In this document: positions 12,861-26,083 of the stretch, piece by piece
How positions within the stretch are numbered: the first letter of the stretch is position 1
Layout: each line of letters starts with the position of its first letter
From: Nemertoderma westbladi
Lineage: Eukaryota; Animalia; Xenacoelomorpha
DNA: 63,228 bases
NCBI GenBank assembly: GCA_032718475.1
Contig: JAUCBJ010007588.1
Span: 1-63,228 of the forward strand
Reading direction: 5' to 3'
Notes under the pieces: generated by a model
What the model was told of the DNA's origin: nothing
What the model saw: the letters and a program-made list of their open reading frames with translations, nothing else
Database searches by the model: none
Made by a program: the position numbers and the translations under genes

Positions 12861-14040
12861 GTATCAATACTAAATAGTAATGTATCTTAATTAATAATGA
12901 TTTAATTTTTAGGGGTGTATTTTTCTAAAACTGTTAGGAAGATATTAGAAAAATTTGAAGTAATGACTTTATGCGATACTTTGGGTCAACATCAAAAGTT
13001 ATCTGAAACTCGGTATCGGTTCGTACCAGAAAAATATTTGTTTGTTTGTTGTTTTACCTCTCATAAACAACAAAATTTACCACTTTGAACGATATGTAAT
13101 TTTAATCATATACAGTACATTATCTACCGCCTACCGGGAGTAGAAGGTTTAGGGTTGTACTGTAGTCAAATATAATATCTTTATAATTCTACCAAACTGT
13201 AGTCATTCACGACATGCGATGGCGGAGAATATTGTTGATGAGTAGGAGGCGAAAGCAAAGATTACAATATATTCCCCAGCAACTCATTTGTAGGGCGCGA
13301 CTCTTTCCCAAGAGTTGCTGCGCAATCACCATTTGAGATTCGCATATTTGTTTAAATTCCGCGCCAGGCTTAGATTTTTTAGCTATTGGAGCATTGTCTG
13401 GCGATTTCGGTGCTGGTCGACGAAAAACAACATCGCTCTCATCTCTCACAAATTTTGGAGCAACTGCAGAACCGTACTTTTGTGTCCTTTGCTCTATTTC
13501 ACCAGTCATTTCGAAAAGCGTATCACTTCCATATATTGAGAGATTGAATTTATCGTCACTTTCTTCGCGGCCTCCCTCACCGACCCCTGTCGCGTTGGGT
13601 GAACAACTGTATGTCTGTGCGTCCTGCTTTGTTGCGTAATTCAGAAAAATGTAGGTTCATTGAATAATTTCAGGTGTAATGTTCTGTTACCCTGTGTTTT
13701 TCTGAGCGTATCTGTATTTTGAATAAGTATTTCAGTAACTATATACCGATTCTGAAATAGTAAATAATTTTCGCTACAGTGTTGCAGCCGACATGTTAAT
13801 TGAAAGATACAATGTTTAATAACAGTTTCTAATATTTATTTATAATAATTTAATTTAATAATATTCAGTGTACTGAATTCAGCATACAGCTACCGGTACT
13901 ATAGTACCGGTAGCTGTATGCACCATAGAAAGGCTTTCAGTAGGGTATATCTTTTGCGTAGAGGTATAGCCCTCATAGAGACTACATGTAGGTAGGTGTA
14001 GCCTTCATGTAGATGCACGTGTAGGGTGAATGTAGGTAGG

Positions 14041-15296
14041 TGTACGCGCTTTTGAAGACCTTTAGCAGTTTAACCTGCCAAAATTTATATGTCTTTTGGT
14101 TTATAAATAGACTTTAGAAGTTGACAAATATTTAATACCAATAAACACAACATTAGCAGAAGCCAGCCTAGTGCGCGTCCATTCACCCGCTGGATATACC
14201 CGGGAGACTGGATTCTGAGGGCTTAGATTATTATTGCAGTGTAAGCTTACTGTATTATTCGATTGATCGTTAATAAATAATTTCTGACTAATATTATTCA
14301 CTTTCGGGAAATATTAACAGTTCCTTTAGGACGTGGCGCTCTATCTAGGTAAACAGAGATATGACTTATACTAATCACAACGGCAAGTCGGTAAGGCTTA
14401 TGATTCACGTATGAGGCGCATTCTTTAGGAAATGCTTAGTTATCAGTCACAATCAGGCACACTACCGGTAACACACAATACTGCTCACTAATTTGCCGAC
14501 CGTCAATGAATTTTATCATATATAAAGAGAACAGCAACGGACTCATGTAGTGCTTATCAAATAGCATTAAATTCACTACAAACCACAATAATATAAGTCG
14601 CAATCGCTATATATAACCCGTCTCTCTAACCTGTAGTGTATCAAGAAAATTGGGAAATTTGGGTTCTTTATAGATGTTATCCAAATAATATTCAACCAAC
14701 TGATACAAAATATGACAACAGCAAACAGCAGCACAACAATGTATGTTGAACCGATAATGCAAGACTGAACGGAGTTGCACCGATAACAGTTATACGCTCT
14801 ATAATTTAAGCCTACTAATGTTTCTTCTAAAGTATGAAAAACGAATTGACTCTAGAGCCGGTGTTCCTGGCCTAGATAGAAACAACACAACAGTAACAAG
14901 AAAAACAGTAAGACTGAACACTCCTAGCATGATCTGCCAAAATATCTCCACATCGACAGAAAAAATCGCTCTGATTGGCTGTTAAGCTAAACAAAGAACC
15001 ATGTGTCCAATGGCCGTTTCCATGTCAGCAACCAGCTGTTAGATGTCGTAAGCTGAATCATCAAGGCTAAGCTGTGCCAGGGTATTTGGTGCATTGCGGG
15101 TTTTTTGCCTTACCATGTCCGCCAAAGCACACATATAGAAGAATGACGTTTATGTCCGTTAAAACACCTATAACGGTACCTTGCGGGCGAGGGGGATATA
15201 TATATAGTTAGAGAGCTTTTTAGAGTATTCCAGCGCCTGGGGGGAAACTGGATTGCAAAGCAAAAGGGCCAGTTATATCCCACAGAAGCTTTTACA
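14041..15296 (-). repeat. 3' LTR of outer element (1256 bp)
   Basis: Nearly identical (about 3 differences seen) to 25843-26083 plus 43651-44665. Confidence 0.95.
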
Positions 15297-15304
15297 CCGC
15301 TCCC
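15297..15304 (-). other. Short polypurine tract (GGGAGCGG), outer element
   Basis: Abuts the 3' LTR; identical in the inner element at 27267-27274. Confidence 0.7.
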
Positions 15305-15374
15305 AGAAAATGGGATTTGAGTCTATAAAATATACAAAATCACAGTTTCTAATATACGTAAATACTCTAAACAG

Positions 15375-16400
15375 TTAGTCTTTCTTACGCGGACGGCGTT
15401 TACGCAGTTTTTTAAAGCTAGCCAGAGTCTTTTTCTCTTTGGGGCGAGCCACTTTACAAGGAGGGCTATAACTCCTGGGTGAAGGGTGCAATATGATTGC
15501 ATCAGAGGGTGTAGGATTATGGTCGGTGTATCCGCCAGTCGAAGTACCGGGTTGATTGACATCAACGTCGGGGGAGAGGGGTCTAACGGCTTTGAGAGCT
15601 CGTTTTAATACAGCCGCTCTTACGGGTCCTTTACGAGTGGTCTGAACGAGAGCCGTGGGTGGACCATAGGCAGTTAGAAACCTCCGGGGTTTAATGGTTC
15701 TTTCCAACTCGCGTTCGCAGGCTCGGTATTCATAAGGCCGTCGATGTACTTCCTGTAACTCAGGGTGTGAGTTAACAAATAAGTCTCCATAGTCCGGATC
15801 CTGACGGATGTAATCGATTAAGTTATAGGAATGAAGGTTGCTAGGATTAACACTCCTGAGAAATTTGCGTACGAATTTGGTTGAAATACATTCTCCGACG
15901 CGCTTCAGTAGCTCGTAACTCGATATGCGTGATTTCTGTTCGACCGAAGCGAATAGATAAGGATGGAACGCATAAACTCCTTCGTAAGCGCGTCCGGGAT
16001 AATAGCGATGGCGCGAATCACAATGTAAATCAGCGTTCGCTTCCCAAGCTCTGATGTAACGTAGTGTGATCATTTCATCTACGCTTTCCAAATCGTGATT
16101 AAAAGGGCAATCGAAACTGGCGTGTCCCTTTAGTTGACAATGGTGACATTGAGTCATAAATTGAGGGCAAACCGCAAAAATGTGCAAGTTATTGAGTCTG
16201 CAATACACACAATATATTTCCATCACCGGTTGTTCGTGGAAATAGGAACAGCGGACGTTTGTGTCCATGGGCGTAACATGGTCTCTCGATGCGCATAACC
16301 GACAACGTTGCCGAGAAACATAGTTGGCATGGCGATAATTGTACGCAGTGAGACACTGTGGACCTTGATACCATTCTAGGATGTAATCGTTGTCGCTGTT
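15375..16400 (-). CDS. C-terminal half of accessory Zn-finger ORF (outer copy, N-terminus deleted)
   Basis: Colinear with aa ~255-591 of ORF 27345-29120. The frame stays open upstream of the annotated ATG at 16268. Confidence 0.8.
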   Translation of the reverse strand, partial: NSDNDYILEWYQGPQCLTAYNYRHANYVSRQRCRLCASRDHVTPMDTNVRCSYFHEQPVMEIYCVYCRLNNLHIFAVCPQFMTQCHHCQLKGHASFDCPFNHDLESVDEMITLRYIRAWEANADLHCDSRHRYYPGRAYEGVYAFHPYLFASVEQKSRISSYELLKRVGECISTKFVRKFLRSVNPSNLHSYNLIDYIRQDPDYGDLFVNSHPELQEVHRRPYEYRACERELERTIKPRRFLTAYGPPTALVQTTRKGPVRAAVLKRALKAVRPLSPDVDVNQPGTSTGGYTDHNPTPSDAIILHPSPRSYSPPCKVARPKEKKTLASFKKLRKRRPRKKD

Positions 16401-16445
16401 CCGGGCGCGATAGGCTGAATCTCCTCAGATTCTAGGCATATTGGT

Positions 16446-16823
16446 TCATCTTCCCAGTCTGTTACGAATAGAATTTTCGTGATCTATTCTCGGTTTATCG
16501 TTACGACTCCGCTGGGTATGATATTTAAATAGAACCATTTCCCTTTCGGTGTCTACATCGTCCGTATCATGTAAATCGATAGGATGGCCGGTAGTTAGGA
16601 AGTCCATATACGTACTATTACGATGCGTATAGCGAGCGGTGAATTTTCGATAGTCCAATTCACGCGTAAGTTGCTCTTGGGACATCGGCGGTTCGATATA
16701 ACGACCATCGTCCTCCGTAATGGTTGGATCGGCTTCACCGCGTATCAAGCTATCCACAAATGCTTGTAAAGGTAGAGTATATCGCTCCCTGATACCAAGA
16801 TCATCTTCTATCAACTCCGTCAT
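16446..16823 (-). CDS. Accessory ORF-A, 125 aa, unknown function (outer copy)
   Basis: About 10 aa differences from 30051-30428, with many third-position changes. Confidence 0.75.
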   Translation of the reverse strand: MTELIEDDLGIRERYTLPLQAFVDSLIRGEADPTITEDDGRYIEPPMSQEQLTRELDYRKFTARYTHRNSTYMDFLTTGHPIDLHDTDDVDTEREMVLFKYHTQRSRNDKPRIDHENSIRNRLGR

Positions 16824-18449
16824 ATCTGCTATCTGAGTTTATTAATATCGAAATGAGTTTATGTTTAGGCGAGCGGACATCGCTGCCTACCTCTCTTTGC
16901 CCCCGGACAGTGGGATTCTCAGCGCCGATGTACCGTCGTCGCGGTGTTTACGCCAACATGTAGCAACAGCACGACAACGATAACCGGCACAAGTCACTCC
17001 ACTGTCCGTCCCAAAGGCTTGAATCCACTTTAGGTTCTTTCTATAGGAGAGTTGGGCTACTTTCACAATTGCGACTAGCTACTGTAAACATACTTTAGCA
17101 GTAACATTCACCTATAAACGCACAAATTCCACACAACTGTCACCAATTGTACACATACAGGCCATTTGTCCGTTAGTCAGTGCATTCCAGAATGTCACGT
17201 TATTACTGTGTATCCTTGGATACTAACAGTGTGTTATGTATTCTCTATGCTATGCAATGGGACAAGCTTTCTATTGTTCTCTTAACTTGCTTCTAATTCT
17301 AGCGTGGGTGTTGCTATGGTGACATTATGGAATGCTAGCGGTAGAATTAGGGTAATTCTCATGCATACAGATCTGGGATGCTATTTAATAATAATTCTTT
17401 AATTGTCAATATCCTCTTTATGCATGATTTTATTAATTTTATCGGCTATTGACTATATGTTGGAGATTCTCGCACTCTAATACACTCAATAGGATGAATC
17501 TCCGCTCCCATGATCTATTAATTAATGGAATTTTGGGAATGTTATAAATTGCACAAAATGACAATTTATGAATTTCATTTAAAATATGAATTTAAATCTA
17601 TTCCTGTGAATTTTATTATTTGATGTTAAAATTGACACAATTTTTATTCCAGAGCATGTCTGGGGACTGAGGATCCTTAATTCTATAAAATTGTCTTTTA
17701 AGAGTATCGGTAAGTGCTGCGATATCTTAATTGACTAGAAATTTTAAAGGATCTGAATTTTACAGATTTTAATAAATATTAAATTAATATTTAAGATGGG
17801 CACCGATTTATTCCAGAACTTGTCTGGAGACGTTAACCATTGATTCTAGAATTTGTCTTTCAAGTATATCGGTGGGTGCCGCGATATCTTAATCGACTAG
17901 AATTACAGATGGTCAAAAGGTTTAACAGATTTATTTGCGTTTCATGCTACTGTTAGAGGGACATCACGCTACTATATGTATTATTATATATGGTATGAGA
18001 GCAATATCGCACGAAGCAATGTCAGTGTGAAGAGGCAAGTCGTTTCCAAGGTCTACCCAGAGCTTGGTTTAGCCGAGACACGAGGATCTGAACTTTGCAT
18101 TCCTAATACTCTGCCTACCAATAATACTTGAATATAGTAGGAGCTTTATTGTACTTTAATAAGTACGGACATTTCATCTTACTGTAGTCACGTATTTATA
18201 ATAGGATACGGACAGTAAGGAAAGAGAAAAATTATTATTTCTCGCCGTCGCACTAAATATATTATAAGTAATTACGTACGTAATAAACACTAATATATTG
18301 CACTAATCTACTAAATAATCACTAAAATAACATTCTACTAAATAAAATTAAAGAAAACGATTATAATAAAATTACATAATAATACATACATAAATATAAA
18401 ATAAAAACAAATATAAAATGATATAGTCACACGCCCACTCCATATGTTA

Positions 18450-21400
18450 TTACGTTATGGAGTCCCTAGATATTTGTCGGATTAGGGAAGTGGTCGTAGG
18501 AAGAGTATCTTGCCTTCCATAGTTTCCGGACAGTTTTCGGTCTCTTTCCAGTAAACATAAACGACTAGCTGGTCGATTGAGTTGTTGTGTTACTTTCTCC
18601 GCTCCCTTGGCCTGTCTAATCTCCACCGGGGTAAGATGAGGAGGCCATTCTTCTTCTTCTTTACTTAAGAAGTCGGATCCACCTAACCAGCCTGGAGTAT
18701 CTATCAGTTCTTGAGGAGTTGCTCCTCTGGAAGCGATGTCGGCTGGATTAATCGTCCCAAGGCAATGTCTCCATTGATCTACATTGGAGTTAATATCGTC
18801 ATTATCTGAGGAGTATGGTGTTCCCTCAGTTGGATCGTCCACATCACTGCTCTCCACTTCCCATTCCTTTACTTGGTATACCTGTTGTTGAGGTAATCTC
18901 TCTTTGAGAGTTCTACGGGAAGGGCCAGTAAAGTACCAACCTACTCTAGTTCTTACCGCATAGGTTTGTAGTGGCTGCGGTTGAGCAGGCCGTTTCTCCA
19001 ATGTCTCGAGCGCCTCATGCGCGTTTTGGCCGATGAGTATTTGCACTCCAGGATAATCTGTCTGGAATCGAGGTATCTTAAGATGTTGAATGCTCTCATC
19101 CTCGTCCCAATTATAAAGGTCTGCTTGAGTAGTAGCGAAGTTCTTTATAGCCACCATTTTTACTGACCTTATACTTTGTGCTCCTAATTTATCCTGGGGG
19201 GTGGACAACGCACCTACATAGTAATCTGCCGTTATGGTAGATTTCCAAACTTGCATAATTCCGGACATATTCAACTTAGTTTGGAATTTGGGTTGTCCAG
19301 CAAAGATATCTTCGGCTAGTTCTTGATCGATGAATGTTCCTGTGCTGCCGGAGTCAAGGAGGGCGTTCACTATGTAACTTTTGGTAGGACCGTGAACTCT
19401 TACCTGCACTACAGGAAATTCTCTGATTCCTACGTTGGAAGTTGGAGCTTTCCAAGATGGTTGTCTGTCAAAGGTAGTTGGGGGGAACTCATTGTCGGTG
19501 TCCTTTTCGTAAGTAAGTGCTCGATACACCACGGTATTGATTAGGTAACAGGATTCGTTGGCGTCGGAGAATTCGTCAGTATAGAATCCTTCCATCTCAG
19601 ATTCTTGATCAGTGTCATTTACATCACTGAATTGGACATGTAGTTCGGGCTCACTTACCTGACTCGGGTTGTTTCGTTCGAACTCACTGTGTAACAAGAT
19701 GTGATGTTTCGCGCCACACTTTGCACACTTTACGTCGGAGTAACAGGTTCGCCGTTGGTGTCCTGATCTGAGGCAATTATAGCATAACCGCTTATTCCAC
19801 AGGACTGTACGTCTGTCTACAAGGGATTTCTTTAGATATTCAGCACACGCACTCAAACGGTGGGGCCCGTCGCACAGCGCACATTTTGGTTTGATGTTAC
19901 TCACCTTACCTTGGGTAACGTTATGCACTCTCGTTCTTTCTTCGGGCTTTCTTCCGTGCATTCTGTTAGGAGACTGAGGAGGGGTCTTGGCAACCTGTTC
20001 TCTCCTATCGTTGGTTCGAGCCTTGTATTTACTTACGTCTTTTGAGGTTTTGCCAACGTAGTAAGATCGATCAGTGTCTTTCCTGCTGTCCTCTTCTTGA
20101 GAAGCTTGGCTTTCGCCGTCGTCAGTATAACACACTGGTATTATCCTTCTCCTAGAAACGGGTTTCTCACTTACCTTATTTTCCGATGTTTTCTCTCTGG
20201 ACTACTTTATGAGTTGTAATTTTACTTCACTATCTAAGAAGGACATGAGATCAGCCATGGTAGGGCCTCGTCGTTGCTGCTCATTCATGTACAACACTTT
20301 CTTGTCCCAGCGTGTACATACTCCACCCTTTGGTAAAGTAGAGACTACGGCTCCAATAACCATGGAACTCTGATATTCATGAGACTTACCTAACCAGTCC
20401 AATTGTCTACAGCGCTTGTGTCCTTCTGGGCTCCTCCCCGAGGCGCACCCACGAGGCGGACACCTTTCCACCACCCCTGGGGCCAGTCCGACTCCGTTTT
20501 TATCAGACCGGGCCGGAGGGTAGCCCGATGCTTCCCGGGTTCAATTTTCAATCCCCCGATCACACTGGCACAGCTCGTCGTGTGTAGCCGAACGAAGTAG
20601 AAAAATTCGCCTACTGTCAACTTACTGTGGCCTGACTGTACATTGAGCCAACTCAGAGAGTCAACCGGCGGGTGGACCAGTCGATAGCGATCGAGCATCA
20701 AGGTCGCCCTTGAGCCAAACCGACGGTCTTGTCCCAAGTGGGCTTGCGCTACCCAACATGGAATATTGACACGTTTTCACCCGCCTCGCCGGCAGTATTG
20801 AGGGGAAGTCGGTTCCGCAAACAATACTGACTAGCTCGAAAGCTAGGAACAAGTCACCACTTACCAGTCACTGTACACGTGTACTCAATAGATGCTCACG
20901 AAATCAAGTACACAACGGTAAACACAAATCTGACGCATACCATGCACACACAGAGGACATAATCGGGGAAGACAAAATCGGTGACAAAATCAGAGGGGAC
21001 AAAATTGTATCGACTAATAAAGAGTCTTGAGTACTTTATTTTACCGACAGGGTAAAATAACTTTGTGTGCACAAAGTATGCTGGGGCGCAGTAAAATATG
21101 GTCCTACTAATAACCGGCGGCGACTGAACCAACCGGCAAGGTTTCCCACACTCACTCGCAGTGGCCACACACACGCTCACATATACCACGTACACACACA
21201 AACCACAGATCACACTAAGCCACCACCCCTAATGTGTACAGGACTGGCAGTACGGCAACAGGCCGACTAGACGGTACCACGGCACCATGTTGATTCATGG
21301 TTCGTAAGACACGAGGGCCTTCAGTAACTCCCTTGCACTATAGATTCAATTTAACGTGCCCCCAGACCCTCACGAGTCCGCCGCCGCCTGTTGGAGACAC

Positions 21401-23577
21401 CCCTATAGAGACCTCACCTCCTTAGGCATCTCCTGAATCTCATCGGAAAACTCTATAATCCCGCTACTAAGGAAGTTTCGGGGGGCTACTAATTTTGCAT
21501 ACAAATACTTAGCTATGTTATCCTTGTTACCATACCTGATGTTTAATGTATCACAAACTTGTCTTAATCCTTCTGGATGTCCAATAAACTTTAACGCCAT
21601 TAACTTGGGAGGTCCTTCCAAGCACTTGATGAGGAACCTAAGTTTCTCTCCGTTAGATAGTACAGAGTTCTGTATGCTGTCTTTGTAATATTCATTGAAA
21701 GGTAACCATTTCATCTCATCTCCATTGAATTTGACGATCTCTCCCACTTTAACCGCTTGGCGGGCTTCTGTTCTAGCCATCTGACGCGTAAAGCTTTCTT
21801 GGGCCATCGTGTTATTTAATATCGAATTATCGGTATATAAATTTCCTGGATTATTATCAGGTCTATAGGGAATATCATTAACAACAGGTTTATAATCACC
21901 CTTAATAGGGTTTGCTATAGGAGTTTCTACTTCACTAGCAGTATAGATGCGTGTAGGCTCCACACCTTGCGCATGTAATACTTCAGACCTAACAGGTTGA
22001 CACAATGTTACAGGGGGTATTGGTATACCCTTTTGTATATTGACTAATTTGTCGCGTTCCAGCGCGATACTTTGTTGCACTTCTTGCAATTCTGCCCTAC
22101 CTTCCCTTACTGTTCCCTTAAGTTGGTAGACAGTCTCCTGCATCTGTCCGAGCAGGAGATTCATCCCCCGCCGTCCCTCATCTACCCACTCGACCGCCGA
22201 AGCGGGAGTCGCCAACATTGTAGCGGGCTGACGTGGGACGACGGGAGACAAATCTTTGATTTCTCTCTCAGCTTCCAGGACAGGGATATTCTCATGGACT
22301 GTTCTACCGGGTACAGGCAGTGTAGTACTGTGTAAAGGGAATTTAGAGTTAAGCTCTGGAAGTACAGGGGTCTCTAGCACAGTAGTGGCTTTGGGAACGA
22401 CAGGCCCAATTATTTCAGGCTCATCAACTATTGTAGGGAGTCTTTTGACCTTAATAATTTGGTCTGTAGGTTCTATACTACCTAAGTCTGGGCTAGCTAG
22501 TTGTCTTCTAACCGCTGGGGGCAAATCAGGCAATTTGTGATGGTGAGATGTTTTTCTACGCCTGCTTAGACGAGATCTATTTCCTCCGCCTTCAGGATCG
22601 GTGGTTTCGCTTTCCTCTGATGAGGTGTATCCCTGGCGTTTGGGAGTAGATCTTCTCATCATCTGCATGTGACTAGCAGTTAACTGATTATTTATGTTGT
22701 CTTGCGTCTCTTGAAGATTTTCCAACTCCAGTTGTGTGGTCTCCTCAGACGCTCTCCATTCTGCTTCTGCTACTGCTTTGGCCGCCTTTCTTTCTGCTTC
22801 TGCTTCTGCCATTGCCGCTGCCTTCTTTCTTTCCGCTTCTGCTTCGGCCATTGCCGCTGTTACTGCAGCTGCCTTTCGGTCCTCTATCCGTTTTTTCTTT
22901 ACTTGTTCTTCTTGGACTCTAACTAGGCGGAGTTTTTCATCAAATTTAGCTTGGTTTGCAGCTAACATTTCCGCATCGATTGCGTCCAACACAAGCTTGG
23001 TTCCTTCACTATTAGGGCGAAGTCCAGACAGTCGTCTCCTCAACTCTTCGTCTCCTATGAATCGCTGATAGTCTGACAGATAGATGTCAATGGCGTCTCT
23101 AGTTCGCGGCTTCTCTGCTGCTGTTAATTCGCTTTCCACTTCGCTTTCCACCTCGCTTTCCACTTGAGAAGAAGTGGCGTCGGTTGATTCTTCATAGGTT
23201 GGCCGCTCATCATAAACCGTATCCGCCATCTTCGCTCCGCGTTCGGGCGTCCGCTCAACAGTATCCGAACTACTGGAGCTATCGGGCCGCTGAGAACTAG
23301 GTTCTTGGCTAGGAGGTTGCTGCTGTTTTATAGCTTCTTCTTGATCCCGCTTGACTTGGGCCCGAGTGCCTATGGCAGACCAACGGCGCTTCACTAACTT
23401 CGCAAATTGCGAAATCGCTTCTACCAACCTAGGTTCTGACACAACCACTGCAGGGGTTGCCCTTCTTACAGTATGAGGGGTTTCAGACCTCGGTCTGGGA
23501 TTCTCTACACTTTGATCTGAGAAACAGGCTGTTGTTTCTAGGAGACTATCTGACAGAGTTTGCCTTGTGTCAGCCAT
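18450..23577 (-). pseudogene. Outer gag-protease-(delta pol) ORF, broken by a 1-kb insertion and a TAG at 20202-20204
   Basis: Colinear with inner gag: KFNGDEMKWLPF, three Zn knuckles, ALLDSGSTGTF. Then jumps to WRHC.GTINPADIASRG and finally to QQLNRP..RLCLLE. Confidence 0.9.
20413..21427. mobile_element. ~1-kb GC-rich insertion in outer gag, no target duplication
   Basis: Inner copy reads gtctgcag-atctcc; outer reads gtctacag-[insert]-atctcc. No TIRs, poly-A or TSD visible. Confidence 0.8.
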
Positions 23578-25831
23578 GTTTGATTGTACAGTTGAATGCC
23601 TACTGCTATATTACAGTTAAAGCAAGTCTAGTAATTCAGTATCACTGTTAGCCTAATAATTAATTACCGATACTGCTACTCAGTGTAGCGTGATATATAT
23701 ATATATATTAGAATACCGGTATGCTTATAATATATATATAAGTATTATTACAGACTAGATTTGTCACAGAGTACCGGTATATAAATTTAGCACAAATATA
23801 TATAAATATATAATAGGCCTATCGGGAATACCGGTATACAGCTGACACTTATAGTATATATAAGTATAATTATTACAGACTAGAATTAATTACAGAATAA
23901 CGGTATGATTTCAGCCCAAATTTATAGAAATAAATATAATAAGCCTATGGTAAATACCGGTATGTCAATTATTTTAGAATAATTGAATTTCTGAATATTT
24001 TAGGGTTACTTGGTTACTTTAACTTACTTTATTACCGTTATTTAAGCAGTAGTCCGACTGATATGGAGACCTAGTTGTTGTATGGCAGGCCTACTATTTA
24101 TAAATCGTTTGAGTTGATTTATAATATATATATACCCGTTTAAAATGGGTTTTGTCAATATTTGAAATAAATGTTATTATTTCTGGGGTTCACTACACAG
24201 AAGCTGTGCGCTCTCAGTGAAGTGCTATTTATTGGACACTAAAACTGATAATTCTAATTTACCTAAGTTACTTAATACTACAAATTACTTACGATACGGG
24301 TGAGATTAAATCTCTAATTAAACTCAACAAAATATTACGTACGAAATTTTTAGGGTAATTTCACAGGAAGTCTACAAACCAGCCTAACAAAGGGTTAGAA
24401 TTCTGGTTATTACAACGGGCAGGGTACTACGGTATTTGAAACAATAAGTAGTAGTAAATATATTGCGCTGTCCAGATAGGAAAATACCACCGCCTGATGA
24501 CCTATAGCCGTATCGCTATAGGTACTACGTTATGTATCACGGAGTGTTCCTACCTAGAAGTTAATTACCGCGGACTACCAGATCCAACGTGCCTATTAAC
24601 CACTTTACAACACAAATATACTGCCTACACACTAATTACTTTCGGAAAGCACTGTACACTAAACCCTAAATTAGGTACAAGTACTGGTACAACAAATAAT
24701 CAGTAGTTAAATATACTTGAACAGTTAAAAGAACCACAGCATCTGCTGGAGTGACCGGAGCACAAAGTCACCAGTCTTTTCCTACGCCAAGCAGCCCGTG
24801 TAGTACCGGGGTTAATTTAACTATAACAGTATGTGTAACAAGCACAATTACTGTAGGAATAAACTTGGGGACATGAATGTTGCGAATAATCGCATAAACT
24901 CTGAATAATAAATATTACGCTACCCGTACAGAATACTCAAACAAAATACAAACCAAACGCTGGCAGACTACCATCAAGCCTAAATAAACTACAGTTGTGC
25001 AGATTCCAAAATGGTTAGTTAGTATGCGTTCTAACACGGTAGTACGACTTATTCTTTAAGAGGGGATTGACCTTACAGCTCTGGCTGCCCCAACTTACTA
25101 ACTGGCACTTTATCAGACAAACTCTACACACGCAGCAATCTCTTCAGACCTAATAATAGCTAGACAACAATCCAGCCTACAAAATATCTGAGTAATTACT
25201 ATTACGGTATCTGAACAGACCACACAAACAAACACAGGCCAAAACGTTGGCAGAATACTGTCAAGCCTAAATAAACTACAGTATGTGCAGATTCCAAAAT
25301 GGTTAGTTAGTATGCGTTCTAACACGGTAGTACGACTTATTCTTTAAGAGGGGATTGACCTTACAGCTATGGCTGCCCCAACTTACTAACTGGCACTCTA
25401 TCGGACAAACTCTACACACGCAGTAATCTCTCCAAACCCAACAACAATCCGACAACAGTCCGGCCTACAATTATCTGAACAATCTGAGCAGACTTACACG
25501 TCTTCAGCTCAATATTAACTTACATGTAAATAAAACCGACAGAAATAAGTAAAATCTCAATAAAAAACCAGGGCGGCCGTCCCTGATTAAATACTAAGAC
25601 CTACCGGTATACAATAATCAAAATCGAATAATACTAATGTACTTATACTGGAAGTACCGGTTAGGACAGTTGGGCCTACGGACCTACAGAAGTACCGGTT
25701 CTAGCAGTTGGACCTACGGACCTACAGCAGTACCGGTTCTGGCAGTTGGGCCTACTGACCTACAGAAGTACCGGTTCAGGTTTACCGGTCGACCGGTACT
25801 TTCAACTTTATTGCTTACTGCAATAAAGTCA

Positions 25832-25842
25832 ATAACTGTTAT
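25832..25842 (-). promoter_or_regulatory. Non-tRNA primer-binding site, outer element (AUAACAGUUAU)
   Basis: Directly abuts the LTR terminal CA. Exact complement of LTR positions 44152-44162 and 14783-14793. Confidence 0.7.
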
Positions 25843-26083
25843 TGTACGCGCTTTTGAAGACCGTTAGCAGTTTAACCTGCCAAAATTTATATGTCTTTTG
25901 GTTTATAAATAGACTTTAGAAGTTGACAAATATTTAATACCAATAAACACAACATTAGCAGAAGCCAGCCTAGTGCGCGTCCATTCACCCGCTGGATATA
26001 CCCGGGAGACTGGATTCTGAGGGCTTAGATTATTATTGCAGTGTAAGCTTACTGTATTATTCGATTGATCGTTAATAAATAAT
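25843..26083 (-). repeat. Outer 5' LTR, U5-end portion (split by inner element)
   Basis: Matches 14041-14281. Confidence 0.95.
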
